Counted from the stretch's first letter, positions 1 through 10,233 are shown. The stretch: 64,000 nucleotides of DNA from Planctomycetota bacterium (GCA_028825265.1 JAPKAM010000003.1:3547-67546); one strand, 5' to 3'. Notes: generated from the letters alone by a model not told the origin. Program-made: numbers and translations.

Positions 1-375
1 GAACACTTCACCCATGCCACCGGACCCGATCTTGATGACTTCACTCCAGCGCCCATCGGCAAGGGTCTCTGGTAATGCCTGGTGGTAAATCATCTCGACC
101 GATCCGATGCGAATACGGTCACCCGATCGCAAGGATGTTTCGTCGGTTATTTTCTTCGACGGCAGCCCCTCGGCGGTCAGCCAGGTCCCGTTACTGGAGG
201 CCAGGTCGCGAATCCAGTCGGTACCGGCCCTTTGCTGGATGGATGCATGACTCCGGGAGACTCCAGGCTCCAGGATCCTCAGGGAACAGTCGGGGCCTCT
301 TCCGATGGTGAAAATCCCGCTTTCCGGGAGTTCATGGCGACCCGCGTTCTGGTGGGTGATCTCGATCCAGTTCAT
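1..375 (-). CDS. FHA domain-containing Ser/Thr protein kinase (N-terminal part; gene continues past window start)
   Basis: Manual minus-strand translation from ATG ~375: MNWIEITHQNAGRHELPESGIFTIGRGPDCSLRILEPGVSRSHASIQ...LASSNGTWL (FHA signature GR..SR.HA / SNGT), then ...KIGSGGMGEVF (kinase glycine loop). Absent from the ORF track because the stop lies outside the window. Confidence 0.7.
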   Translation of the reverse strand, partial: MNWIEITHQNAGRHELPESGIFTIGRGPDCSLRILEPGVSRSHASIQQRAGTDWIRDLASSNGTWLTAEGLPSKKITDETSLRSGDRIRIGSVEMIYHQALPETLADGRWSEVIKIGSGGMGEVF

Positions 376-529
376 GGCTCCGATGCTGCCTCGATCCTGC
401 CAACTCTGCAACCAATCCCCGAGAGCCGTGAATGGAGGTCCTTCTGTCCAGCACCTCCACACTCGTGATATTATCCTAGCCGTACCATAGACTGACTCGC
501 TCGCTCGAAATGGATGGATCGAGTCACCG

Positions 530-907
530 TTGAGCCCACATCTTCTGGAGGAGAATCTCGACACGGTTCACCTGGAAAGTTCAATATTGCATCTAATTCT
601 GGTCTCTCACCCTCCTGATTCCGCCGCCTCACTGGCCCGTGGCCTGGTCGAGGAAGGGCTGGCTGCCTGTGTCAACATCTTGCCAGGCTCTCGTTCCATC
701 TATCGCTGGGAGGATAAAACTTGCGACGAGGAAGAGGTGCTGCTGACCATCAAGACGGCCCGGGAACCGATCGAGGAGCTGGTCGAATTGATCGCTAGTC
801 GGCATCCTCACGAGTGCCCTGAAGTGCTCGTGGTACCTGTCACTGCCGGGCTCGATCGATACCTGAAATGGGTAGAGAAGATGAGTCACGGAGAGGAGTC
901 CAGTTGA
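530..907 (+). CDS. cutA: divalent-cation tolerance protein CutA
   Basis: LARGLVEEGLAACVNILPGSRSIYRWEDK...EEEVLLTIKT...HPHECPEVLVVPV matches the CutA1 family pattern. The true start is probably an internal GTG/TTG. Confidence 0.7.
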   Translation: MSPHLLEENLDTVHLESSILHLILVSHPPDSAASLARGLVEEGLAACVNILPGSRSIYRWEDKTCDEEEVLLTIKTAREPIEELVELIASRHPHECPEVLVVPVTAGLDRYLKWVEKMSHGEESS

Positions 908-2139
908 TCGATCTCGAAGAAGCTCGCAAGCAGATTCTCGCGCGAATCGCACCCATCGGATCGGAGCACGTCCGCCTCGAAGATGCGCTCGGGAGAATTC
1001 TCTCACAGTCAGTCCCGACTCGAGATCCGATTCCGCCCTTCGACAACACTGCTATGGATGGATTCGTATTAAAGTACAGAGACACATCGAGTGCCTCGCC
1101 AGATCATCCAGTCACCCTTCCAGTGGTCGCCACAATCGAGGCGGGGATGGCCCCCACCATTCCACTCGAAGATCACTGTGCGATGAAAATTTTCACTGGA
1201 GCCGTGATCCCACCCGGAGGTGACTCCATCATCCCGTTCGAACGCTGCCTCCGATACGATGAACGAACCATCGTCATCCAGCAGCCGGTCGCCCAGGGAG
1301 CACACATTCGAAGACTCGGTGAAGATGTCGAGGCTCAAGGATCAGTACTGGCCCCCGGCTCACGCATCACTCCTGCAGCCATCGGCTTGCTCGCGAGTGT
1401 CGGAGCGGCTCAGGTGCAGGTGAACCGGAGGCCTCGTGTCGCCATCCATTCCAGTGGTAACGAACTGGTTTCCATCGCATCGGAACTGCAACCAGGCCAG
1501 ATCCGCAATTCGAACCTCTATTCTCTGCAAGCTCGAGTGAAACGCTGGGGAGCGATTCCCATCGCTCGGCCCATCCTCCGAGATGATCTGGATCTGATCC
1601 GCTCAGGACTTCGCGAAACTCTCGAACTGAAGCCCGATGCCATCGTCACCACCGGCGGAATCAGTGCCGGGGATCTCGACCATATTCGCGATGTGGCCCG
1701 GGAAATGGGAGACGATGTGCAGATTCGCAAGGTTTCGATGAAGCCTGGCAAGCCACTGGTGGACGGCCTGATCGGTGGAGTCCCATTTTTTGGATTGCCC
1801 GGCAACCCGGCCGCCTGCCTCGTCTCCTTCGAAATCTTCGTTAGGCCGGCCCTGGCTCGGATGGAAGGAAGATCCGATGGGATCCTTCCGCAGCGTTGCG
1901 GGGTTCTGAAGGCAGCAAAAGAAGTTCCCCCATCAGATCGGCTACGCTTGCTCCGCGGAAGGGCCACTCCCGCTGCTGACGGTGGCCCCGATGTGATCGA
2001 GATTCCTTCAGGGCAAGGCTCTCACCTGCTGGGGGGATTCGCAGCCGCAAATTGCTTGGTCATCGCTCCCGCCAGCACCGAGGTGCTGCGCCCGGGAGCG
2101 CAGGTTCACTACTGGTCATTGACGGATGAAGAGGCATAA
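904..2139 (+). CDS. moeA: molybdopterin molybdenumtransferase MoeA
   Basis: FDNTAMDGFVL motif and TTGGISAGDLDH match MoeA. The ORF track starts at 868, but TTG at 904 (MIDLEEARKQIL, typical MoeA N-terminus) overlaps the cutA stop as TTGA. Confidence 0.85.
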   Translation: MIDLEEARKQILARIAPIGSEHVRLEDALGRILSQSVPTRDPIPPFDNTAMDGFVLKYRDTSSASPDHPVTLPVVATIEAGMAPTIPLEDHCAMKIFTGAVIPPGGDSIIPFERCLRYDERTIVIQQPVAQGAHIRRLGEDVEAQGSVLAPGSRITPAAIGLLASVGAAQVQVNRRPRVAIHSSGNELVSIASELQPGQIRNSNLYSLQARVKRWGAIPIARPILRDDLDLIRSGLRETLELKPDAIVTTGGISAGDLDHIRDVAREMGDDVQIRKVSMKPGKPLVDGLIGGVPFFGLPGNPAACLVSFEIFVRPALARMEGRSDGILPQRCGVLKAAKEVPPSDRLRLLRGRATPAADGGPDVIEIPSGQGSHLLGGFAAANCLVIAPASTEVLRPGAQVHYWSLTDEEA

Positions 2140-5100
2140 ATCGATGAATGTGACGGCCCCGATACTGTTGAAGATCCACGATTCAAACGGGAAGAGAACC
2201 ATCTCCCTGACCGGCGAGGGTCCCTGGATCCTCGGACGAGATGCCGATTGTGAAGTGGTGATCGCCGATGATCGTGCATCCCGTCGTCACGCCCGCTTCA
2301 TCTCCACCAAACAAGGCCTAGTGATCGAGGATCTTGCCAGTTCGAATGGAACGATGCTCGATGGACGAACCATCGAGGGGCAAGCGCCGTTTCCACGCAG
2401 ATCGACGCTGAAGATCGGCGATGTCTTGATCCAGCACAAGAAACCGACCAAAAAACCGACCGGCGTCGCCGTCGGGGAGCGATCGGAGCGCAAACCCCCT
2501 CGGGAAACCATCGGCACATCTAAAGCAACCGTGAGAGAAGAAGGCTCTACCAGAGCCCACCTGACCCCGCCCACTTCAAGAGTTGCTCGATCCACCAGAA
2601 AAGCAACGAATCCGCTGGGGAACCTGCTGATTCTCTTTGTCACCATCGGAGCGATCGGTTTCATACTGAATCAACTGACCCGTTCTCCACAAGAGCCGCC
2701 GCAAGATCTGACAGTCGTTGCGGTCAATCCCGCCGATAGCCCGCCCACTTCTGATCTAGTGATCCCGGTCCCAGCACCGGGCCCTGAGCCGGTCGCGGCA
2801 CTCCCCGCTCAGGAAACGACATCCGATGAGAACGATCCGCTGATTCGGCCCGCCGCCAACGGTTTCCAGCCGGATGCAAAGTTCGACATCCCGTTCGAGC
2901 CGCGGATCGAGGATACGGTCTCCCCCGTTGGCGATGATCAGCGGCCCGACGCACAGACGATCGACACTCCTGTCGCGGGAAAACTGCAGTTAAGGATTCT
3001 TGACGACGCATGGCCTCCCTCCGATCGGATCATCGCTTATCAGTTCCATCAGAAGGACCATCATGGTGGTCCGACCTTCATCGATCGAAGAGGCAAGGAA
3101 TTGAAGCGGCGCGGAGCCGGCAGCCGAAAAGGATTTCGAGTGATCGCCCTCGAGGTGACCAACTCGACGGACAGCCGACAGTTGGTCCAGTTGAAGACTC
3201 CTCTCCGTAAGGACCTGGAGATGAGATTCAGCATCGATCCGGGACTGAGTTTGCGGCGTTTCCTCGCCATCGAGGATCCAGGCGACCAATCAGTACTGGT
3301 CGAGATGTTTGATGAAGAAGGGGAGCCCATCGATGCGGTCGAAAGGGTTCTGCTTCCTGGACGATCTGCTGAGAGTGCCAAGGAGGCGCTGGCCATCGCC
3401 CGTGAACGAGAACGTGAGGAGTGGGTGCGGGAGCAATTCCGGCTACGCCCCATCTCGGTAGAGGTGCAAGACGAGGCGGGCAAGCCGGTCGCAGGAGCGA
3501 GATTACTGCTCCTCTCCAGAGAGAGCCTGGCGGTGGTCGAAGGAATCACCGGAACCGATGGACGCTGGAGTTCGGTGGTGGTGCCAGGTTCCTGGACCAT
3601 CATTGCCCAGGGTGAAGTGGTCGACGATGTCGATCCCGATGCCAGCACACTGGTCGTGACTTTGCCAAGGTTGTTGTTGCTTCAAGAAACGATGGCCGAG
3701 GAAACTTCCAGCATCATCCTGGCGCCAAGAAAACAGACCGTCGTCTCGGTAGCGAACCGTCTGGAAAAGGGACTCCCCATCGAAAAGGTCTGGATCACAC
3801 CTCAACCGGTGGCCGCGGCCTTCACCACCGAACGGGTTGCGCTGGAGGTCGGAGTTCGAGGCCGACTCGAATCATCACGATTAGTTCCCACCGGCCAGTT
3901 CAGGTTATTGCTGTCGGGGCCGCCAGTAGACATCTGCGTTCTGTGCCGGACCCCTGAAGGTGAAGCGGCGCTGATGCGAGCCAAGACTGGAGGCGACCGA
4001 GATGTGGTGCCCATCTTGATCGATCCAGACCGTATGAGTCGCCTCCAGTACAGCGCCGAATCGGCTTTTGGTGGTGCAGCGGATGCGATCGTCGATGTGG
4101 TTGCTGTAGACGGCTTTCGGGAACGCTTCACTCTCGATACCCACCAGGCACGTCGCGCCTGGGTGATGCCCGGAACCTACCGACTCGAGACTCGAAGTTT
4201 CCTACCCGGCGGCAAGACTGCTCGCCTGTTGCCCTATCGGGCACACTTGTCCGCAGGACAGAAGTTTGACCTGGAACCTAGGTCTCCCTGGACTCCGAGG
4301 CTCCATTACGAACGCAAGGGCAAGACGATTCAGATGCGCCTCTCCATCTCCGATGCCGGGGGACGCGTTCTCGAGAAGATTCCGGGCAACGATGGCTCGC
4401 TGGCAGCCGTCGATCGTACGGGCAAGGTGCTGATCCAACGCTCCATCGGAGCGATGCGCTGGCAGGAAGCGGAAACGTTGCAGCGAGTCGATCTCGACAA
4501 GTTAAGCATCCAGATCGATGCACCCTTCGGCAACTCCGCCATCCGTGGAATCGCCGTAGCAGAGACTCCCATCACCGTCAACGATGCAGGATCGAGTGCC
4601 ACCGGACCCAGCATCTTCCGCGCGCGGATGAAATCGATGATGCCGGAGGTTTCCCGCAGCCTGAAGGGTTGCAAAGAGCATCTGGGCTGCGCCGATGGGG
4701 TCCTCAGGCTGTTGATGGATTTCGATATCTTCCTACCGCCGGGAGTCGGCGGCCTCGGAGGAGGTGGAGTCATCGTGCTCGACGCAGCCGTATTACATCG
4801 CTACACAGGACAGGGAGACTTGTTGCCCGGGGCCTACATTCATGAACTGGGTCATAACATCGGATTCGGCCACGACCCGTACATGTTGCTGGCCAATTGT
4901 GGAGTCGACGAGGGCATCTATGGGGAACTGGGATATCGACTGCTCAACGCCGACGCATTTCAGAAGACCATCCGATGGCTGCTCGACAGAAATAGTGATC
5001 AACGGTCGGTCTGGCAGCCAAATCCGGCAGTATTTGCGGCATTGAGATTCATCCATGGGATGGGTGTTCACCACAAGATGTTCACCGAACGCACGGCATC

Positions 5101-6271
5101 AGAGCAAACGTTGCGCCTCCATGGGCTTTCCAGTATCGAACGAATCGCGGCTCTCTACTCACTCGCCCTGGGTGAAAATGTTGCCTGGATCTTTCGCGCC
5201 AATGGCTGGCCAGTATTCGATGATCGCGTCGATCTAGGAGGCTCCTCGGTCAAGTTCACGCGAAAGCACCCCAAGCAATTGAACTACAACCGCCTAGACG
5301 GGACGGTGCTCAATGGCTGGTGGGTCCTGGGTCCGGTGGAATCTAGCGGCGGCCGCACCAATAAGCGGAACAGCAGTCCAGAGAAAACCGATACAACATG
5401 GAAACCAGTAGTGTGGCCGACACCTTTCACCGACCTCACCGCTGGGCAGGATCCAGTCACTCGTACTCGACAGTGGTTGTTGTTTCGACGGATCGTCGTC
5501 AACCAGGATATGGAGGCGAGGCTGACGGTCGCCGCAGATGTGAAGATGCAAATTCGCCTCAATGGTTCCCCGATCGGATTTATCGACGCCAGCCCACAGA
5601 TGAGCCAACCGATGCACGACGAACTGATGTTGAATCAGAAGAAGCCATTCCCCATCCAGTTATTTAGAGGTGAGAACATCATCGAAGTGGCGGTGTCCCA
5701 GATGGTCGGCACTCGTGGCTTCCGTCTGGAACTGATGACTGCCGAAGGAGATCCGGTTCCGGTGGGGATCCTCGACGAAGGCCCGCAAGGGGAGCAACTG
5801 TCTGAAGAGATCGTTAGAAACGACGCGCACCAGCCGCTGATCAATGGAGATTTTGAGGCCGAAAAATTGCTCGACGGCTGGATCCCAGGTGAAGTGGATC
5901 CGGGTGGCTCAATCCGCTTCGAAGGGGAAGCGGAAAACCTGGTCGAGGGGACCCAGGCACTGAAAGCCATCATCCGCACTCCTGGAGCCGGAGGAATCAT
6001 CCAGCGCATCGTCGTCACTCCAGGAAAGAAATATCGGGTGACGGCACTGGTGAAGGCGAGCCAGTTCGAGGGGGAAGCTCTGATCGGTTTCTTTACCGGC
6101 AGGCTCGGGTCATGGTCCTCTCGATCCGCTCCACTTCGACGAGATACGGAGTGGACCAGGATCAAGTTTGACTGGATGCCCGGAACCAGTAGAACCACCT
6201 ACATCGCCTGTTTCGTGAAAGGAATATCCGGTACAGTCTGGTTCGACAAGATCTCCCTGGAGGAAATTTGA
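2126..6271 (+). CDS. FHA-domain transmembrane protein with extracellular metzincin-like zinc peptidase, carboxypeptidase-regulatory-like and CBM-like jelly-roll domains
   Basis: N-terminal FHA (ILGRDADCEVVIADDRASRRHARFI...LASSNGTMLDG...LKIGDVL). One hydrophobic helix NLLILFVTIGAIGFILNQL. HELGHNIGFGHD is the HExxHxxGxxH metzincin consensus. TDGRW segment resembles a CarboxypepD_reg fold. C-terminal beta-sandwich resembles CBM4/9. An alternative start ATG at 2144 lies just after the moeA stop. Confidence 0.8.
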   Translation: MKRHKSMNVTAPILLKIHDSNGKRTISLTGEGPWILGRDADCEVVIADDRASRRHARFISTKQGLVIEDLASSNGTMLDGRTIEGQAPFPRRSTLKIGDVLIQHKKPTKKPTGVAVGERSERKPPRETIGTSKATVREEGSTRAHLTPPTSRVARSTRKATNPLGNLLILFVTIGAIGFILNQLTRSPQEPPQDLTVVAVNPADSPPTSDLVIPVPAPGPEPVAALPAQETTSDENDPLIRPAANGFQPDAKFDIPFEPRIEDTVSPVGDDQRPDAQTIDTPVAGKLQLRILDDAWPPSDRIIAYQFHQKDHHGGPTFIDRRGKELKRRGAGSRKGFRVIALEVTNSTDSRQLVQLKTPLRKDLEMRFSIDPGLSLRRFLAIEDPGDQSVLVEMFDEEGEPIDAVERVLLPGRSAESAKEALAIAREREREEWVREQFRLRPISVEVQDEAGKPVAGARLLLLSRESLAVVEGITGTDGRWSSVVVPGSWTIIAQGEVVDDVDPDASTLVVTLPRLLLLQETMAEETSSIILAPRKQTVVSVANRLEKGLPIEKVWITPQPVAAAFTTERVALEVGVRGRLESSRLVPTGQFRLLLSGPPVDICVLCRTPEGEAALMRAKTGGDRDVVPILIDPDRMSRLQYSAESAFGGAADAIVDVVAVDGFRERFTLDTHQARRAWVMPGTYRLETRSFLPGGKTARLLPYRAHLSAGQKFDLEPRSPWTPRLHYERKGKTIQMRLSISDAGGRVLEKIPGNDGSLAAVDRTGKVLIQRSIGAMRWQEAETLQRVDLDKLSIQIDAPFGNSAIRGIAVAETPITVNDAGSSATGPSIFRARMKSMMPEVSRSLKGCKEHLGCADGVLRLLMDFDIFLPPGVGGLGGGGVIVLDAAVLHRYTGQGDLLPGAYIHELGHNIGFGHDPYMLLANCGVDEGIYGELGYRLLNADAFQKTIRWLLDRNSDQRSVWQPNPAVFAALRFIHGMGVHHKMFTERTASEQTLRLHGLSSIERIAALYSLALGENVAWIFRANGWPVFDDRVDLGGSSVKFTRKHPKQLNYNRLDGTVLNGWWVLGPVESSGGRTNKRNSSPEKTDTTWKPVVWPTPFTDLTAGQDPVTRTRQWLLFRRIVVNQDMEARLTVAADVKMQIRLNGSPIGFIDASPQMSQPMHDELMLNQKKPFPIQLFRGENIIEVAVSQMVGTRGFRLELMTAEGDPVPVGILDEGPQGEQLSEEIVRNDAHQPLINGDFEAEKLLDGWIPGEVDPGGSIRFEGEAENLVEGTQALKAIIRTPGAGGIIQRIVVTPGKKYRVTALVKASQFEGEALIGFFTGRLGSWSSRSAPLRRDTEWTRIKFDWMPGTSRTTYIACFVKGISGTVWFDKISLEEI

Positions 6272-7065
6272 TGCCCCAACTGACCAACCCGTTCGAACCA
6301 CTCTGGCCCGAGATGAGTGAAATCTACCTTCAATCGGGGGTCGTATCCTTGATCGATCACATCGGCTCGAAGAGTGAGCCGATGCAACGCCGGGGCTTGT
6401 TCTTGATGGCCAGTCAGCGCATCTCTGCAGGCCAGAACCTATCGAGATCTCTTTCTGATCTCATCGCAATTTCTCGTGCCGCCATCGATGAGTTTGCGAC
6501 TCAAGCAGAGTCTGAAACGGATAGGGATGAACGGGCGAGGCGCCTCGATGGAGCCAACATCCTCTCCTACAACCTTTCCGCAGACCTGGCTCCATGCTGG
6601 CCTGAAGATCCTGAGCCTCGAACCGTCGACCACTACCAGGAGGGGATTCGCTGTGCAGAGGATTGCCTTCGCTGGCGATCGGAACTGAACAAGGGAGCTG
6701 TGCCGTTCCACATGGCCTGGTGGGCGCTCGGAACTCATCGATGTGGGCTGGCAGACTGGTCCGCTGCCGTTGAAGCCTTCGGAAAATCCCTCGAAGCGGC
6801 TCAAGACAACGCCAGAGAGTCTGCAACACCCGTCGAAGGAGGACCGGATGCATCGTTCCTCATCAATATTTCGACCGGCTGGCTCGAGTTCGCTCGCTGG
6901 CGAGGAGGCGACAAGACCTCCTATGATCGATTCTTGAAAGTGATCGACGCTTTTTCTCAGATCGCCCGGCGTAATGATGACGATCATGCCGATTCAATGC
7001 TCGGGATCCAGCAACTGGAAACCGCAGCATCGCGGCTGCCGACAAGTTCGGCCCCGTGTCAGTGA
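6268..7065 (+). CDS. hypothetical protein
   Basis: 265-aa ORF with start overlapping the upstream stop (ATGA-type coupling), no recognisable motifs, coding-like composition. Confidence 0.5.
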   Translation: MMPQLTNPFEPLWPEMSEIYLQSGVVSLIDHIGSKSEPMQRRGLFLMASQRISAGQNLSRSLSDLIAISRAAIDEFATQAESETDRDERARRLDGANILSYNLSADLAPCWPEDPEPRTVDHYQEGIRCAEDCLRWRSELNKGAVPFHMAWWALGTHRCGLADWSAAVEAFGKSLEAAQDNARESATPVEGGPDASFLINISTGWLEFARWRGGDKTSYDRFLKVIDAFSQIARRNDDDHADSMLGIQQLETAASRLPTSSAPCQ

Positions 7066-7820
7066 GATCCCCTAAAATTCGCCCACTGGAAATCCTTCAC
7101 GACGACCATCAGTTCGTCGCGGTCAACAAACCTGCCGGCTTCAGCACCGTGAGCGAACGGTGGGACCACCAGATTCCCTGTCTGATCGATTTGCTCTGGG
7201 ATCTTTGGAAGCAGAGCGACTCCGATGCACCCAAACCCCATGTGGTACACCGCCTCGACAAACAGACTTCCGGGGTGATCCTGTTCGCCAGAAATGGCTC
7301 CGCTCAATCTCACCTGAGAAAACAGTTCATGGATCGGCGGGTGCAGAAGCGTTACGGCGCACTGGTCACCGACCTTCCGTCCCCGGCCAGTGGCACTAGC
7401 ATCTTTCATGTCGACGAAAATCCCTCTCGCCCAGGATCGATGAAATTTCAGTCCACCGGCAAGGAATGCATCACCGATTACCGGGTGCTGGAGGCTTTCC
7501 GCGACCACTGCTGGGTCGAAGCTTCCCCCAGTACCGGAAGAACCCACCAGATCCGCATGGTGATGGCGAAACTGAAAACCCCCTGTATCTGCGACCCTCT
7601 TTATGGAGATGGCGAGTCACTGTTCCTGTCCTCCTTCAAAAAGAGTTACCGCAGCGGCAGATCGGACGAGGAGCGGCCGCTACTGGGTCGACTCGGGCTC
7701 CATGCCCTTTCCATCTCGGTGCTCCATCCCGTCACAAACCTACCTATGACCATCGAAGCGGGGTTACCCAAGGATCTCAAGGCTACGTTGCGACAGCTGA
7801 GACGCTGGGGCCAAGTCTGA
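7056..7820 (+). CDS. RluA-family pseudouridine synthase
   Basis: HRLDKQTSGVILFA (catalytic Asp motif) and TGRTHQIR motif. Confidence 0.8.
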   Translation: MSVRSPKIRPLEILHDDHQFVAVNKPAGFSTVSERWDHQIPCLIDLLWDLWKQSDSDAPKPHVVHRLDKQTSGVILFARNGSAQSHLRKQFMDRRVQKRYGALVTDLPSPASGTSIFHVDENPSRPGSMKFQSTGKECITDYRVLEAFRDHCWVEASPSTGRTHQIRMVMAKLKTPCICDPLYGDGESLFLSSFKKSYRSGRSDEERPLLGRLGLHALSISVLHPVTNLPMTIEAGLPKDLKATLRQLRRWGQV

Positions 7821-7915
7821 TTCGGCGGGGTCTGAAGCCGGGTCGAATTCGAACGACCTGAATCTGTACCGTTGACCCACTTGCTGCGACAAGTTATTCC
7901 ACAGCCAGGAAATAG

Positions 7916-8539
7916 GTGCTCCCGATGAACCAACCAGCGCCAGGCACCGTCTCCGATTGCGTGATCCTCGCCGGTGGTATGGGCACCCGCATGGGCCAAC
8001 CCAAGGCACTGTTAAAGATCAACGACCGCACCTTGCTGAAGCGTCAGCATGATCAACTCTCCCCCCTGTTTCCCCGCATCTCCGTGGCGCTCAAGGATTC
8101 GAGCCTGCTCGACCCGGTGGAGGCCCTCTGCTGGCACCAGGTCCTGCTGGATCCTCCCGGAAGTCGCTGCTTAGTCGATGTGATCGGTTCCATCATCGAG
8201 CGACTGGCCGTTCCAGTCTTCTTCGCCGCTGTCGACCTTCCTCACCTGAACCAAGCCGTCGTTTCCACCATCTGTTCGCACCACAGTGCCGGAATCTCGG
8301 TGATCCCGGTCGATGATCAGCGGCCCCAACCACTGGCTGCGGTATGGGACCCCTCGGCACTCGAGTTTGTTTCCCCACCCGACGGCGATCTAGCGCTACT
8401 GGCCTGGGTCAAGAGGTGCAGAACCCGGCTTCTTCACTGGCCCGAGCAGTTCTGTTCTGAAGGAGATCCACCAACGACCAGCCCATTCAAGAATCTCAAC
8501 ACCCCCGAGGACCTCGAAACGTGGGAGGCAGACGCTTGA
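7916..8539 (+). CDS. mobA: molybdenum cofactor guanylyltransferase MobA
   Basis: ILAGGMGTRMGQPKALL nucleotide-binding motif, about 200 aa, Moco genes elsewhere in window. Confidence 0.7.
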   Translation: MLPMNQPAPGTVSDCVILAGGMGTRMGQPKALLKINDRTLLKRQHDQLSPLFPRISVALKDSSLLDPVEALCWHQVLLDPPGSRCLVDVIGSIIERLAVPVFFAAVDLPHLNQAVVSTICSHHSAGISVIPVDDQRPQPLAAVWDPSALEFVSPPDGDLALLAWVKRCRTRLLHWPEQFCSEGDPPTTSPFKNLNTPEDLETWEADA

Positions 8540-10233
8540 GTGGTTCCCCCGTGCCGGCTCGAGAACGGCTGATGACCCTCCAACGAAATCTCTCCGACCA
8601 GACTCGTCGAGAGATCGACGAATCAATCATCGACCCCAGTGGAGCCTTGTCACGATGGCGTAAGGTCTACGAGAAGGCCACGGAGGGTCAACTCACTCCC
8701 ATCTCGATCGACCATCTCGCCGAGCAGATCGTCGATTTTGATGTGGTTCACTTCGGCGACTATCACACGCTCAGAGAATCTCAGAAGGGGCCTCTCAGGG
8801 TGATCGAGAAGTGGATCCAGCAGGGGAACAAAGTGGTTCTCGCCACGGAAGCGTTTCACATCGATGCACAACCATTACTCGACCGGTGGTGCCTGCGAGA
8901 AATCGATGACGAGCAGTTACTCAGGGAGTCGGACTGGGAAAATCGATGGGGCTTTCCCTGGAGAAACTACTCGGTACAAATGGAGTTCTTCCGCGAAGCC
9001 GGCTTGCCCATCGTGGCCCTCAACTCAGAACCAGAGGTCGTCGGAAACTCCTTCGCCGCGCGGGAGAACATCGCTGCGATGAGGATTCTTGAGGTGCTTA
9101 GAGAGTTCCCCGATGCGACTCTGGCGGTGATCTTCGGTGATCTCCACGTGGCTCCAGAACACCTACCTCGTAAGATTTCTGAACTGGCAAAGCGTACCGG
9201 GTTCACAGTTCCTCGCCAAACCACCGTGTTCCAGAATCTGGATCGAATTTACTGGCAGCTGGCCAAGACCGGATTGGAGCAAACGGTCACCGCTGTGCGG
9301 ATCGGGAATGATCGCTACTGCATGATCAACACGACTCCACTGGTCAAGCATCAGTCCTACCTCAACTGGCAGTTGAATGAGGTGGAATTGGAAGAGTCGA
9401 GTGGATTCCGCAACCTACCCTCGATTTCATCGACGATCATGTCCGATCAGGTCTGGATGATGATCGAGACCATCTGCGGCTACCTTGAATTGTCCACCGC
9501 TGGACTCGATGGCTTCACGGTTCACACCGGAAGAAACCTCGATCTTCTCGATCGGCTCAGAGATGCCCATTCCCTGGGTGCTGAACAAATGGAACTGGTG
9601 AACACCCAGTTGTCGCGTGAGGAATCGTGTTATCTTCCCGATTCTCAGGTCATCGTCCTGGGTAACCTATCCAGCCGTCATGCCGCAGAAGAAGCGGCAC
9701 ACCACATCAACTCGGTGAGGTGCAACGAAACCGGCACCGCCAGTGATTCGCTCCAACACTTCTACGAGATCGCCATCCGGGAAGCGATCGGCTACATCGG
9801 CACCAAGATCATCGACCACAAACGAACCTGTCTGGATGTGAAGGAACTCGAATCATTGGCCAATGAATTGAGCGGCCACTCTCTCGATTCCCTGCTCACA
9901 GCAACCCTTCAAACAGTCCGTGATTCACTGCGGCACATCGAAACCGAACAGACATGGCTTGAAGGAGATGGGGGAAATAAAACTCCCAACGAACTACCTC
10001 GACGAGATCAGGATATCCGCATCGGCACTGCCCACCTCATCGGTTACCGATTGGGAGAGAAGATCTACAACTGCCTGGTTACAGGAAAGATCAAGCGATC
10101 GAAGGTGCGGGAACTGTTCGAAACACCGTTACGCCACCCTGTCGATGCGAGCCAATCGACGTGGCTCGACTGGGCCCGACGTTGTTACGAGGCGGATTCC
10201 TCTTCTTCGTCGAGCAACTCCAGCCGAGGATAG
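8521..10233 (+). CDS. hypothetical protein, possible ChaN/Tiki (TraB/GumN) superfamily haem-binding-like domain
   Basis: VVHFGDYHTLRESQ...VVLATEAFH resembles the ChaN GEQHD...H pattern. Weak assignment. The 3' end overlaps the metG 3' end convergently. Confidence 0.5.
   Translation: MGGRRLSGSPVPARERLMTLQRNLSDQTRREIDESIIDPSGALSRWRKVYEKATEGQLTPISIDHLAEQIVDFDVVHFGDYHTLRESQKGPLRVIEKWIQQGNKVVLATEAFHIDAQPLLDRWCLREIDDEQLLRESDWENRWGFPWRNYSVQMEFFREAGLPIVALNSEPEVVGNSFAARENIAAMRILEVLREFPDATLAVIFGDLHVAPEHLPRKISELAKRTGFTVPRQTTVFQNLDRIYWQLAKTGLEQTVTAVRIGNDRYCMINTTPLVKHQSYLNWQLNEVELEESSGFRNLPSISSTIMSDQVWMMIETICGYLELSTAGLDGFTVHTGRNLDLLDRLRDAHSLGAEQMELVNTQLSREESCYLPDSQVIVLGNLSSRHAAEEAAHHINSVRCNETGTASDSLQHFYEIAIREAIGYIGTKIIDHKRTCLDVKELESLANELSGHSLDSLLTATLQTVRDSLRHIETEQTWLEGDGGNKTPNELPRRDQDIRIGTAHLIGYRLGEKIYNCLVTGKIKRSKVRELFETPLRHPVDASQSTWLDWARRCYEADSSSSSSNSSRG

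Noticed and set aside
82-468. Plus-strand 128-aa ORF at the window start
   Set aside because: Antisense to a clearly recognisable FHA-kinase coding sequence on the minus strand; no motif content of its own; typical high-GC shadow ORF.
2287-6198. Numerous 60-200-aa antisense or off-frame ORFs inside the 1381-aa gene (e.g. 3061..3648 -, 5635..6198 -, 4330..4773 -)
   Set aside because: Low-complexity Ser/Arg/Pro-rich translations typical of alternate frames in GC-rich coding DNA; the sense frame carries coherent FHA, HExxH and beta-sandwich domains.
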